DNA from: Gammaproteobacteria bacterium
Lineage (GTDB): Bacteria; Pseudomonadota; Gammaproteobacteria; JACQPQ01
Direction of reading: 5' to 3'
DNA: 64,000 nt
Assembly (NCBI GenBank): GCA_016207405.1
Contig: JACQPQ010000021.1
Span: 4,936-68,935 of the forward strand
Part shown: one piece after another, positions 29,182-39,249 of the stretch
Layout of the letters: each line of letters begins with the position of its first letter
Numbering within the stretch: position 1 is the stretch's first letter
Notes under the pieces: model-generated
Database searches by the model: none
The model's input: only the letters and a program-made list of their open reading frames with translations
What the model was told of the DNA's origin: nothing
Translations under genes and position numbers: made by a program

Positions 29182-29772
29182 AGTTTAGCTATCCATCAGC
29201 TTCAACACCTCTTGATTTGGATGAAATCAATGGGTTGATTCCAAAACATATTGAAACTCAAGCCGAACTCAATGAATGGGAGCAGTCTAACATTTTAGAA
29301 GCAGCGCATTGGCTAAGAGCGCGGCATCCGGCAGTATCTGATATTCTCGATACTCAATTTATTAGAAGCTTCATCAGAGGATGTTCAGGAAAACTTGGCG
29401 TTGGGTAGGACAATTCAGGCGCAGTAATAAAAATATAGGCATCCATTGGCCATTCATCCCAGAACATTTGAAGCTTTTATGTGATGATATCTCTTATCAA
29501 TTATCTCACAACACTTATGAGTTAGATGAAATAGCTGTGCGGTTTCATTATCGTTTGGTTGTTATTCATCCTTTTGCCAATGGAAATGGTCGGCATGCTC
29601 GATTAATCACAGATGAATTTTTAATCTCGCTAAAAAAACAGCATTTTCTTGGGGCGAGTGGAAGGAAGAGGATGTATATCGAACCACTCGAGTGCGGAAA
29701 GAATATATAGAAGCATTACAGGAAGCTGATAGAAATAACTTTAAAAAATTGGTTCAGTTTGTTCGTTCGTAG
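29178..29772 (+). pseudogene. Mobile mystery protein B (Fic domain), two frameshifts
   Basis: GTG 29178 starts YP...TPLD.DE..GLIP.HI.T..ELNEWEQ.NI. The frame shifts near 29370 to LH.RMF..TW.W.G.FR.S.KNIG...IHPFANGNGRHARL, and again near 29640 to FSWG...RKEYI.AL..AD....L..FVRS*. Confidence 0.88.
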
Positions 29773-29785
29773 TTTGGAGAAGTTG

Positions 29786-30319
29786 TTAGTGTGCAGGCGG
29801 GGTAAAAAATCCGGGTAGGAAAAACTCAAGTACGAGCAATGGTTTTCGTCGAACCTGAAAAATGGAGCGCCTCCCCCACAGGAAGGGTGGGTGCTCTGAG
29901 GAGTGCAGTAAAGCTCTATGATAGAGGGGTTCCTGTGGAGTGAGTTTCATGGGCTGCAATTGTGTTCGTGTTAAGGTTGGATCTCTAAACAAAAAAACAC
30001 CCAGCGAGTTTTCTCCCCAGTTAAGAAGAGGCCGATTTTTGCCCACCATCGTCGTTTTAGGAATAATACTCCGACCAAACGTTAAGGGGATCATTTTCTC
30101 TTCATGCATGTAATAAAATAGAACTTCTCGGATAAGACACAGCCTACGAATAGAAATGCCAAGAACCTCCGATTCTTCTTTCGTTGGCATGTCCCATTGA
30201 TGCTGAAGACACAAAAGCGCCACGTGTTTGGAAGAAAAGCGTTTTTTTAAACAGTAGGTCAAAGAACGCGCATCTTTCAACCACAAACGCTGGGGGTTTG
30301 GAACTTGAAAAGCTAACAT
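29786..30319 (-). CDS. ubiC: Chorismate pyruvate-lyase
   Basis: Motifs WL....SLT..L, REV, FGRSIIP, LG..LF, LWGRRS.F......LLV.E.FLP. Confidence 0.9.
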   Translation of the reverse strand: MLAFQVPNPQRLWLKDARSLTYCLKKRFSSKHVALLCLQHQWDMPTKEESEVLGISIRRLCLIREVLFYYMHEEKMIPLTFGRSIIPKTTMVGKNRPLLNWGENSLGVFLFRDPTLTRTQLQPMKLTPQEPLYHRALLHSSEHPPFLWGRRSIFQVRRKPLLVLEFFLPGFFTPPAH

Positions 30320-30390
30320 CGGGTGGGAGCGTAGAACTTTTAGTGTAGATACTATAGCATCTCTCTTTTACATTTAACGATTCTTGTAAA

Positions 30391-32340
30391 ATGGCAGATT
30401 CCCTAGAACGCACAATTCCGCGTAGGATGACAAAACCTGCACACAATAGTCAACCCTATCGATTAGACAGATGGGCAGAAGGCTATTTTGGTGTCAATAG
30501 GGAAGGGGAAGTGGCTGTCTCTGTGAAGGGCAAATCAAAAAATGCCATTTCTCTTTCCTCGCTGGTCAAAAAGACGCAAGAATCAGGGTTGCAGCTTCCT
30601 ATTTTAATGCGCTTTACGGATATTCTAAAAGACCGTCTAAACGTATTGTGCGAAGCTTTTCAAAAAGCAACTGTTCATTATAACTACGAGGGAAAAGTCC
30701 AAATTTTTTATCCTGTTAAAGTCAATCAACACCAAGAGATCATTCAAACCATTTTAAACTATCACAATGGCTCCACTGTGGGTCTTGAGGTAGGGAGTAA
30801 AGCAGAAATGGTAATGGTTTTAGGCGCGCTCAAGCGCACAAAACCCACGCCGGTCATTTGTAATGGATATAAAGATAGGTCCATGATTCGGCTAGGGATT
30901 ATGGGGCAAAGGTTAGGTCATCCTATAACGTTTGTGATTGAAAAACCTTCCGAATTGTCTCTTATTTTAGAAGAGACTCGAAAAGAAAAACTCCACGCTT
31001 GTGATCTCGGTGTTCGCATTCGCTTATGCGCCACAGGCAAAGGCAACTGGCAGAATACAGGAGGGGAGAAGTCAAAGTTTGGATTGTCTGCTACCGCTGT
31101 TCTTGATCTTATTCACCGTTTAAAAGCAGAAAAAGCACTCGAGTGCTTGAAACTGCTTCATTTTCACCTGGGTTCTCAAATATCTGATCTCGAAGACTTA
31201 AAACGAGGCGTTCGAGAATGTGCGCAATTTTACGTTCAACTGAGGCAACTCGGCGTTCCGATAGATACCTGTGATGTCGGCGGTGGCCTTGCGGTTGACT
31301 ACGAGGGAATGGCCTCCCCACGCTATTTTTCCATGAATTATACGATAGAAGATTATGCAATGGCCGTTGTTTCGGGGTTCTCCGAAATGTGCCAAAAAGC
31401 AAACTTGCCACACCCTCATATTGTGACGGAATCGGGCCGAGCAATTACCGCACATCACGCGGTGTTGATTACTAATGTAGTGAATCGAGAATGCGCTTTG
31501 ACTTCCGAAGAAACGCCTTTTTCAGATACGACTTGTGAACATCCTCTCTTATCACAACTGAAAGCGCTCTATAAGGAGGTGTCGCCTGAGAGCGCAGAAC
31601 AGATCATGCAAGCTGCGGAAACGCATTTCGAAGGTGCAAAAGAAGCCTATTTAAATGGGAAGCTTTCTCTGCGGGCACGAAGCCAAGTGGAGCAACTTTT
31701 GGCCCTTATCTATTCAAAAATAAAACAAGTGCTTACCTTAGATCATCCGATCTCCCAGCACGTTTTGGAAAGGCTAGCTGAAAAATGGGTGTGTAATTTT
31801 TCAGTATTTCAATCTGTTCCAGACGTGTGGGGGATAGACCAAATATTTCCTATACTGCCATTATCTCTTCTTAACGCTTCGAAAACGACAAGGTGCGTCA
31901 TTCAAGACATTACCTGTGATTCGGATGGCCGAATTGACCATTACGTGAATGGAACGCCTGAGAGTACAACTTTATCCGTCCCCAGCACCACCGCTTCTTT
32001 ACCACTTATCGGTATTTTTTTGGTAGGTGCTTATCAAGAAATTTTAGGAGACCGACATAATCTTTTTGGGAATATCGATTCTGTATCTGTTGAAATAGAT
32101 CTCGAGGGGCATGGTCAACTGAAAAGACCTATTCGTGGAGACACCATCGCCGATGTGCTTGCCGCTGTCCATTTTAACTCTGAAGAGGTACAGGAGTGTT
32201 ATCGTAAAGAAGTGGATGGATCACCCCTTACAGAGGAAGAAAAAAATTATTTTAAAAAGGAGTTTGAAAATGCTCTGTCCCAGGGGACTTATTTAGAGCG
32301 GGTTACCATTCCCACAAAACCCATTCCCCAACATGCATAA
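30391..32340 (+). CDS. speA: Biosynthetic arginine decarboxylase
   Basis: Motifs W.EGYF, YPVKVNQ, GLEVGSK.E, CNGYKD, GGEKSKFGL, HFHLGSQI, DVGGGL.VDY.G, ESGRA, DITCDSDG, GAYQEILG. Confidence 0.98.
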   Translation: MADSLERTIPRRMTKPAHNSQPYRLDRWAEGYFGVNREGEVAVSVKGKSKNAISLSSLVKKTQESGLQLPILMRFTDILKDRLNVLCEAFQKATVHYNYEGKVQIFYPVKVNQHQEIIQTILNYHNGSTVGLEVGSKAEMVMVLGALKRTKPTPVICNGYKDRSMIRLGIMGQRLGHPITFVIEKPSELSLILEETRKEKLHACDLGVRIRLCATGKGNWQNTGGEKSKFGLSATAVLDLIHRLKAEKALECLKLLHFHLGSQISDLEDLKRGVRECAQFYVQLRQLGVPIDTCDVGGGLAVDYEGMASPRYFSMNYTIEDYAMAVVSGFSEMCQKANLPHPHIVTESGRAITAHHAVLITNVVNRECALTSEETPFSDTTCEHPLLSQLKALYKEVSPESAEQIMQAAETHFEGAKEAYLNGKLSLRARSQVEQLLALIYSKIKQVLTLDHPISQHVLERLAEKWVCNFSVFQSVPDVWGIDQIFPILPLSLLNASKTTRCVIQDITCDSDGRIDHYVNGTPESTTLSVPSTTASLPLIGIFLVGAYQEILGDRHNLFGNIDSVSVEIDLEGHGQLKRPIRGDTIADVLAAVHFNSEEVQECYRKEVDGSPLTEEEKNYFKKEFENALSQGTYLERVTIPTKPIPQHA

Positions 32341-32617
32341 CAGGCTTAAAGCTTGCCCCTGAATTATCAAAGAACGATGCTCCTTTCGCAGGCACTAAAT
32401 AATAAGGCAGTCCCCATTGGGGAGTGACTTTAACGCGCTCGATCCCCATGCTTCCCCTTTCAAATGTTTGAATGCTTATGCCTTGGTGAGGAGGAGAGAG
32501 GACAATCTCTGTTTCAAATCGGGGTAAGTCCGCAAAGATAGGATTGGCTAGGAGTATTCCGAGCAATAGCCCCAAGAATCGCATCGTCCATTTTGTGAAT
32601 AAGTTCATTTGAGTCAT
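32303..32617 (-). CDS. Small exported protein, DUF2782-like
   Basis: Signal peptide, VKVTP.WG.PYYLV and C-terminal W.L.EW. Confidence 0.6.
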   Translation of the reverse strand: MTQMNLFTKWTMRFLGLLLGILLANPIFADLPRFETEIVLSPPHQGISIQTFERGSMGIERVKVTPQWGLPYYLVPAKGASFFDNSGASFKPVMHVGEWVLWEW

Positions 32618-32626
32618 CGTTTTTCT

Positions 32627-32679
32627 CCTTACCCCTTACCCCTTACCCCTTATCCCTTACCCCTTATCCCTTACCCCTT
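32627..32679. repeat. Heptamer tandem array (CCTTA[C/T]C)n, about 7.5 units
   Basis: ccttaccccttaccccttaccccttatcccttaccccttatcccttacccctt; it supplies the last codons and the stop of the 32657-33829 ORF. Confidence 0.9.
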
Positions 32680-33829
32680 CTAAGACTTCCACCAATTGAT
32701 TTAAAATTTGGATCTCTATTCGGAGAAACACCATAGAAAACTCATCGATCAGGTGTTCTTCTTGTGCTTCTCCTAGCAATTTGGTTTTAGCTTCTGCACG
32801 CTTTATCAATACTTCTTTTAAGTAAAAGAGCATGGCCAAGGAACGAGAGTGCTCACCATACCGAGGCGATTTCAGCTGTCCATATTTTTGTTCTAGCATT
32901 CGAACTTGCCCTTCCACCTCTTGTTTTATTTGATTCGTAGTTTGGAAGATGAATTCGATGGTGCTTGGGATAGAAGAGGATGAGTCTTGTAATAATGGCT
33001 GCAAGCGTGCACGCATTTTTGAAAGGCGGGTGCGAATTTCTATAGCTTTGTCGGCAGCTCTCTGTGTTTCTTTGCTAAAGGACGTATTTTCTCCCAATAA
33101 AGAGAAGTATGTTTTGTTTTTTGCAATATGGAGTGCCTGGAGAGTGTTGTTTAAAAGCGATTCACCTTGAACCAACTGCCTTATGATTTCTGAGAGCTTC
33201 TGGTGTGTTTTATCAGAGGGAGAGAACTGACTTTTATTGTCACGAAGGGCTTTAAATTCAGAGCGTGCCATTCCGGTTTCTTTAATCAGCGGTTTATAGG
33301 CTTTTATGGTCGATAAAGCAGAAAAATATTGAATAAAAAAACGAATTTTTTCTTCTTCACTCATCCTCTCGGACTCGTAACGATGTACAAATCCTGTGAG
33401 CCATGCGTCTAGTTTTTGTGAGAAAGCGACCAGTTCTGCCTCGGCGGCGCTCGTCACATAGAAAAGGCGGTTTGAAAATGCAAAAGCTTCTTGACACGAG
33501 TTTATCGAAGCAAGGGCGTCAAAGTTTCGTTTAATCTCACGGCGAGTTCTTTCAAAAGAAAATCGGATGTGATCTGCTTCTTGTTGAGGGTAGGTGATGG
33601 GGTTTAAAGTCTCGCCTTTCATCTTATCCAAGACAAAGTACATCCACACTTTTGCCTCTGTAAGTGAAACATTGGTTTTGGAAAGAATAGTTTCGGCGGT
33701 GCTTTGAAACGTATCTTTTTTAAATGAAGGGGTTCCCTCACAGAAGACATCTAAATTGGCACTTCCTATAAAGGGTAGGCTCCACAATAATAAGAAGAAG
33801 AGCAGCCTGTTCTTTGATTGACGAGACAA
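32657..33829 (-). CDS. Hypothetical exported, helical/coiled-coil-like protein
   Basis: 390-aa ORF, GGGAGG RBS, N-terminal hydrophobic signal; no family recognised. Confidence 0.75.
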   Translation of the reverse strand: MSRQSKNRLLFFLLLWSLPFIGSANLDVFCEGTPSFKKDTFQSTAETILSKTNVSLTEAKVWMYFVLDKMKGETLNPITYPQQEADHIRFSFERTRREIKRNFDALASINSCQEAFAFSNRLFYVTSAAEAELVAFSQKLDAWLTGFVHRYESERMSEEEKIRFFIQYFSALSTIKAYKPLIKETGMARSEFKALRDNKSQFSPSDKTHQKLSEIIRQLVQGESLLNNTLQALHIAKNKTYFSLLGENTSFSKETQRAADKAIEIRTRLSKMRARLQPLLQDSSSSIPSTIEFIFQTTNQIKQEVEGQVRMLEQKYGQLKSPRYGEHSRSLAMLFYLKEVLIKRAEAKTKLLGEAQEEHLIDEFSMVFLRIEIQILNQLVEVLEGVRDKG

Positions 33830-34026
33830 GGATCTACCTCCCTACTTATAAAGTCGGCAGACTTTAAAAAAACTGTAGGGTGGATTCTGTTCAGAAAGGA
33901 AATTATCCTCAGAATTGGGCTGGTGATTTTGAAACTGATCTGGAGGTTGGCGTATTTAGCCATTCGGCGCAATACGCAAAAAACGCTATTGCACTCTACG
34001 CGAGCGAATGGTTTTTATGATCTTTT

Positions 34027-34575
34027 TTATTCAGACAACAATTCTTTTACGCGTAGGATGTGTTTTTCAGTAATGAGCATTAAAGCACCCGGTCCAACAA
34101 TTAAGCCAACTGTGTTGGTGCCATAGCGTTCGCATGATTGCGCGCCTTGAACCTGGAAAACCCTGGTCCATCTATTAAATGCTTGCTGCCAACATTCTCC
34201 CCTATTTTCCTGTAATAAAGCAGAGCCTCGTATGCTTGGATCATAACGCAGCATATTCGAAGACACTGTGTCGAGATCTGGCTGAAACTGGTGGAGATCT
34301 TTGAATCGCGCTCCTGTATTATTATCCACATATGAGAGCAGGTGCTTGTAATTACCTACTCCATCTTTCCGTACAGCCAAAGGTAAAAATTGCGGCGCTG
34401 CGTGGTCAAGCTTTAACACTGCAATGACAATGTCGTCTTTTTTAGAACCTGATGCATCATGTTGGGGAACCGTTTCTTCTGCCGATCCAACAGGATAAGT
34501 TCCATCACGCCTTTGCTTGCCATCTTCTCGTTTACTAGGGGGATATTTACCCTTGATAGTTAAGTGACCCCCTTG
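34027..34575 (-). pseudogene. 5'-truncated gene of unknown function
   Basis: The frame of ORF 34027-34419 stays open upstream to about 34575 (LTIKGKYPPSKREDG...DDIVIAVLKLDH) with no ATG/GTG/TTG start. Confidence 0.45.
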
Positions 34576-34764
34576 TCAAGACCACGACTTAAATAATTTT
34601 GGGGAGATTTCGCCCTTCAAATTTAATTAGAATAATTGACCGAAACCAGCGGAAAATTATGTAAAGCTAAATTTTTTAGCCCTTGTATTCCGTGGGGGAC
34701 TGCACTACGATTAATTTATCGTATAAATATTAAGTCAATTTCTGTCTGATTTTTTATATAAAAT

Positions 34765-35562
34765 ATGGAATTTGAACGCCGGATTGATCTGACTGACTAT
34801 TTTTTGGCTCAAGGGCGAAAAACCTTTAGCCTTCAAGAGGTAGCTACTCTTACAAGCGATAGTGAAGCTACAATTCAGAGAAAAATTCATCGGCTTATTC
34901 AGGATAACCGAGTTAAAAAAATAGCCCAAAGCTACTATGCCATTTTAAGCCCTAGAGAACGTAAAAGTGGGCATTTAACGCCACATGATTATATTGATCA
35001 ATTAATGAAGTATGAAAAGATCCCTTACTATGTGGGATTACTCTCGGCTGCAAGTTTGTATGGGGCTGCGCATCATAGGCCCATGGTCTATCAAGTGATT
35101 ACTGAGAAACAGGTGCATATATCAAAAACTCTTTTGTCCGATATTCATTTTTTCAGAAAAATTCATTTTCCAGAGTTCTGCCTTGAACAGAAAAAAGGGG
35201 AATACGGCTCTATCTGTTTTTCGTCCCCAGCGTTAACGGCATATGACTTAGTACGATATGAATCTTCTTGTGGCACAATTTATAACGTTATTTCAGTTAT
35301 TTCAGAGTTAAAGTCAGTCATCAAAGAAGCTGATCTGGTCCAACTGCTGAAAAATAAAGTAGAGAGCGTTATTATTCAGCGCCTTGGGTTTGCATTAGAA
35401 CAGGTAGGTTTTGAAAAAATACCCATAACTTTTAAAGAAATTACATCACAGGCTATTAATTACGCTCCTCTCTCAAAATATGAATCTCTTGATAAGAGCC
35501 ATAAAAACAAAGAGTGGAAGATTATCGACAACTTAAATTGGGATGAATTAGATGATATCTAA
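34765..35562 (+). CDS. Type IV TA antitoxin, AbiEi family
   Basis: N-terminal wHTH, YID.LM......YYVGLLSAA..YGAAH..P...QV.T, SSP.LT..DL, QRLG..LE, W..I.N. Confidence 0.9.
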   Translation: MEFERRIDLTDYFLAQGRKTFSLQEVATLTSDSEATIQRKIHRLIQDNRVKKIAQSYYAILSPRERKSGHLTPHDYIDQLMKYEKIPYYVGLLSAASLYGAAHHRPMVYQVITEKQVHISKTLLSDIHFFRKIHFPEFCLEQKKGEYGSICFSSPALTAYDLVRYESSCGTIYNVISVISELKSVIKEADLVQLLKNKVESVIIQRLGFALEQVGFEKIPITFKEITSQAINYAPLSKYESLDKSHKNKEWKIIDNLNWDELDDI

Positions 35563-36340
35563 AGCGTTTATTGATCACTGGGGTCAGCTTGCACCGTGGC
35601 GTTTCAATGAGTTCATTGAGCAAGATCTCATTTTAACAAGACTATTAATTCAGCTTTACTCCAATAAGGCGATTGCTCATTCATTAGTCTTTAGGGGCGG
35701 TACTGCTTTGCATAAGCTTTTTTTGAATAAACCCCTTCGCTACTCTGAAGATCTGGATTTTGTGCAAATTAAGGCTGGGAAAATAGGCTCAATACTTTCT
35801 GAGATTAGAGACACTATCAATCCAATTTTTACAGATAAACCAAAATATGAGATTCACGAAGGCCGAGCAATTTTGAATTATCGTTACAAGGCCGAGTACG
35901 ATCCTAACCCGCAAATGAAAATCAAAATAGAGATCAACACGCGCGAGCATTTTGCGGTTGATGCGATTCATCACAAAACACTAGAATGTAAGTCGCCCTG
36001 GTTTGGTGGCAATGCCAAGATCACGACGTATTCGGTAGAAGAAATTTTAGCCACTAAATTGCGTGCGCTTTATCAACGCAGGAAAGGGAGAGACCTTTTC
36101 GATCTCATAATAGCGCATAGCTTGGCACCTAATTACAAAAAGATAGTGAATATTTTCAAAACATACGTTAAAACAGAAAACAATCACATCACAAGGCCAC
36201 AGTTTGAACAAAACTTGCATGAGAAATTACAGCATCCAAGATTTCAAATTGATTTAAGGGATTTATTAGAAAGAAATTTAAATTACGACATTGAGAAAGA
36301 TGCGCTTGATTTTAAAGAAAGATACTTGGCACACTTTTAA
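35552..36340 (+). CDS. Type IV TA toxin, AbiEii nucleotidyltransferase
   Basis: MI....I..W...APW....IEQDLI, FRGGTALHKL, RYSEDLDFVQ, K.EINTREH, TKLRALYQRRKGRDLFDL. Confidence 0.93.
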   Translation: MISKAFIDHWGQLAPWRFNEFIEQDLILTRLLIQLYSNKAIAHSLVFRGGTALHKLFLNKPLRYSEDLDFVQIKAGKIGSILSEIRDTINPIFTDKPKYEIHEGRAILNYRYKAEYDPNPQMKIKIEINTREHFAVDAIHHKTLECKSPWFGGNAKITTYSVEEILATKLRALYQRRKGRDLFDLIIAHSLAPNYKKIVNIFKTYVKTENNHITRPQFEQNLHEKLQHPRFQIDLRDLLERNLNYDIEKDALDFKERYLAHF

Positions 36341-36355
36341 GCTTAATATTCCTTT

Positions 36356-37462
36356 GTGAATACGACCGAAGAAATTATTGAGAGTCTCCGTCAGGGCCAA
36401 ATGGTCGTCATTATGGACGACGAAGACCGAGAAAATGAAGGTGATCTGGTTATGGCAGCGGCGAGGGTGATGCCCCGCGACATCAATTTTATGGCTCGCT
36501 ACGGCCGAGGGCTGATTTGTTTAACTTTGTGTAAAGAGCGTTGTCATCAATTGCGACTGCCCCTTATGGTACAGGATAACTTTTCACGGTTTGGTACGCG
36601 CTTTACGGTTTCAATTGACGCAAGCGATGGGATTGCCACGGGTATTTCAGCTGCTGACCGTGCAGCGACCATTCAAAAAGCCGTAGCCCCCCACGCAAAA
36701 CCAGAAGATTTTGTTCAACCCGGTCATGTCTTTCCCCTCATGGCAGAGCCTGGGGGCGTGCTCTATCGAGCAGGGCATACCGAAGCAGGCTGTGACTTGG
36801 CACACCTTTGCGGGTTTTTTCCTGCTGCGGTTATCGTCGAAATTTTAAATGAGGATGGAACGATGGCAAGGCGAGCCGATCTCGAACAGTTTGCAAACCA
36901 GCATGGGCTCAAAATAGGAACCATTTCGGATTTGATTCACTATCGCTTAACCCATGAAAAAACAATCGAGCGGGTGGTTGAAACAGACTGTGAAACCGAA
37001 TACGGCGTATTTCGCCTTTTATCGTATGTGGATACCCTGCATGGGCAAAGCCATATTGCTTTCACTTTGGGAAGTATAAATCCTGATGAGCCTGTCTTGG
37101 TTCGTGTCCATTTGGAAGACTCCCTTGAAGAAGTTTTGGGTGTTAAAAAAGAAGGCGTCCATTGGTCTTTATCTTCCGCCCTGCAGAAAATAAAGCACCA
37201 TGGGCAAGGGGTTGTCGTTATTTTGGGGAAAGATAAACCCCTCACTTCTTTTGTCGAACAACAGACCCTTTCTCGAAACAAAGCACGGTTGGATGAAACT
37301 TCTCTCAATACTTTAGACGTCCGGACGATTGGGGTAGGCTGTCAGATCCTTCATGACTTGGGGGTTCGAAAAATGAAAGTGATGAGTGCCCCCAAACGGT
37401 TCCCTGGGTTGGCGGGATTTCAATTAGAAGTGGTAGAATACGTCCCTTATGTCGCATATTGA
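36356..37462 (+). CDS. ribBA: 3,4-dihydroxy-2-butanone-4-phosphate synthase fused to a degenerate GTP cyclohydrolase II domain (RibBX-type)
   Basis: Motifs [40 protein letters not shown]. The C-terminal domain has RVH but lacks the zinc-binding cysteines. Confidence 0.95.
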   Translation: MNTTEEIIESLRQGQMVVIMDDEDRENEGDLVMAAARVMPRDINFMARYGRGLICLTLCKERCHQLRLPLMVQDNFSRFGTRFTVSIDASDGIATGISAADRAATIQKAVAPHAKPEDFVQPGHVFPLMAEPGGVLYRAGHTEAGCDLAHLCGFFPAAVIVEILNEDGTMARRADLEQFANQHGLKIGTISDLIHYRLTHEKTIERVVETDCETEYGVFRLLSYVDTLHGQSHIAFTLGSINPDEPVLVRVHLEDSLEEVLGVKKEGVHWSLSSALQKIKHHGQGVVVILGKDKPLTSFVEQQTLSRNKARLDETSLNTLDVRTIGVGCQILHDLGVRKMKVMSAPKRFPGLAGFQLEVVEYVPYVAY

Positions 37463-37913
37463 AGGGTATCTCAAACTTGCAGAGCCCGTACGTATTGCTA
37501 TTCTAGCCAGTCGTTGTAACCATTTTGTGGTAGATAGTTTAGTTGCAGGCGCTATGGATGCTCTCAAGCGGCATGGGTTATCCGAATCCGCAGTCGATCT
37601 GATTCATGTTCCAGGGGCTTTTGAATTACCTTTAGCAGCAGACGTTATTGCGGCGAATCGAAAGCACCAAGGGATTGTGGCCTTGGGTGCGATCGTCCGA
37701 GGGGAGACGCCGCATTTTGAATATCTTGCGGGGAGCTGTGTTCAAAGTCTTCAAGCGGTGTCTGTGAAACATGGAGTGCCGATTGGGTTGGGTGTTTTAA
37801 CGGTTAATACGGTTCCTCAGGCTATTGAACGTTCTGGCGCAAAGGCTGGAAACAAAGGGGCAGAAGCCGCTTTAGCTGTGATTGAAATGATAGATTTACT
37901 GAAGAAATTGTGA
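37449..37913 (+). CDS. ribH: 6,7-dimethyl-8-ribityllumazine synthase
   Basis: Motifs VPGAFELPL, LGAIVRGETPHFEY, GVLT, QAIERSG.KAGNKG.EAA. Confidence 0.98.
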   Translation: MSHIEGYLKLAEPVRIAILASRCNHFVVDSLVAGAMDALKRHGLSESAVDLIHVPGAFELPLAADVIAANRKHQGIVALGAIVRGETPHFEYLAGSCVQSLQAVSVKHGVPIGLGVLTVNTVPQAIERSGAKAGNKGAEAALAVIEMIDLLKKL

Positions 37914-37951
37914 ACTGTTCTCAAGATGTTCCCAAACATTTCTAATATCTT

Positions 37952-38145
37952 GAGGTTCTTGGGAGAGTATTTTCTCCTCCAGTGCTCGCAAAAGTGTCCC
38001 TGCGCTCCTAGAATTTTTCAGGCCGCACACAGTCGGCATCTTGCCTCCAGTGCGCTAAAAATGCATCCTGCATTTTTGCCTGAAAAATTCTACGTCGCTC
38101 GGGACACGCGCGCACAGGAGGAGAAAATACTCTCCCAAGAACCTC
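37952..38145. repeat. ~195-nt multi-stem palindromic element, copy 2
   Basis: Perfect 29-bp outer inverted repeat (gaggttcttgggagagtattttctcctcc). The core matches 20474-20665. Confidence 0.85.
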
Positions 38146-38166
38146 TTCAGACTTTTAGACCACTCA

Positions 38167-39249
38167 ATGAACCGTCCTTTTAATTTTTCTGCAGGGCCTG
38201 CGATGTTGCCGGATGAAGTGCTTAAGACGGCACAAGAAGAACTGATCTCTTGGCAGGGGAAAGGCGTATCGGTTATGGAGGTAAGTCATAGAAGCGAAGC
38301 TTTTATGACGCTTGTCCAACAAACAGAGCAGGATCTAAGAGCACTTTTAAACATTCCAGAGCATTACAAAGTATTTTTTATGGCAGGAGGGGGATCGGGA
38401 CAGTTTGCAGCTGTGCCACTCAATCTTTTGGGCGTGAAAAAGCAAGCGGATTACCTTATCACAGGAACTTGGTCAGAAAAGGCTAGAAAACAAGCCGAAC
38501 TGTACTGCACGCCCAATATCGTTGCTCATGCAGAAGACACACAGTTTAAAGCGGTTCCGCCTGTTGCCACTTGGAAATTAAATCGAAATGCGGCTTATTT
38601 TCACTTTACTCCCAATGAGACTATTCATGGGTTAGAATACCACGAACTGCCTGTAACCGTAGAAACCCCCATCGTTGCGGACATGACCTCTAATCTTTTG
38701 TCAAGACCACTTGAGGTTTCTCATTATGGTGAGATCTATGCGGGAGTTCAGAAAAACATGGGGCCTGCTGGGCTTGCCGTTGTTATCGTGCGGGAAGATC
38801 TCGTCAATAACCCTTTGCCCATAACGCCTTTTATCTTAAATTATGGTTTACAGGCCAAGGAACATTCCCTACTCAATACACCGCCCACTTTTATACTCTA
38901 TATGGTGGCGCTCGTCTTAAAATGGGTGATTGGCCAAGGGGGGGTGTCCGCTATGGCTCTTCGTACTCGCCGTAAGTCGGAGAAGCTTTATCAGGCTATT
39001 GATCTCTCTCCCTTTTATAGGAATTCTGTCGAACCCGCTTATCGTTCGTGGACCAATATTCCGTTCACTCTGGTTAATCCGAAACTTGAAACGTTATTTT
39101 TGAACGAGGCAGAAGCGGAAGGGTTATTTGGATTAAAGGGACATCGTCTAGTTGGTGGGATAAGAGCGAGTCTGTATAATGCCATGCCTGAGAGTGGTGT
39201 TGACGCATTGATTCACTTTATGCGTGAATTTGAAAGAAAACGAGGTTAG
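38167..39249 (+). CDS. serC: Phosphoserine aminotransferase
   Basis: Motifs FNFSAGPAMLP, MEVSHRS, NETIHG, ADMTS, QKNMGPAG, NTPP, LKGHR.VGG.RAS.YNA. Confidence 0.98.
   Translation: MNRPFNFSAGPAMLPDEVLKTAQEELISWQGKGVSVMEVSHRSEAFMTLVQQTEQDLRALLNIPEHYKVFFMAGGGSGQFAAVPLNLLGVKKQADYLITGTWSEKARKQAELYCTPNIVAHAEDTQFKAVPPVATWKLNRNAAYFHFTPNETIHGLEYHELPVTVETPIVADMTSNLLSRPLEVSHYGEIYAGVQKNMGPAGLAVVIVREDLVNNPLPITPFILNYGLQAKEHSLLNTPPTFILYMVALVLKWVIGQGGVSAMALRTRRKSEKLYQAIDLSPFYRNSVEPAYRSWTNIPFTLVNPKLETLFLNEAEAEGLFGLKGHRLVGGIRASLYNAMPESGVDALIHFMREFERKRG

Noticed and set aside
36950..37462. GTP cyclohydrolase II domain lacking zinc cysteines as a novelty
   Set aside because: This is the known RibBX-type fusion, common in proteobacteria.
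37926..38183. 85-aa ORF between ribH and serC
   Set aside because: It coincides with the palindromic element and has no protein features.
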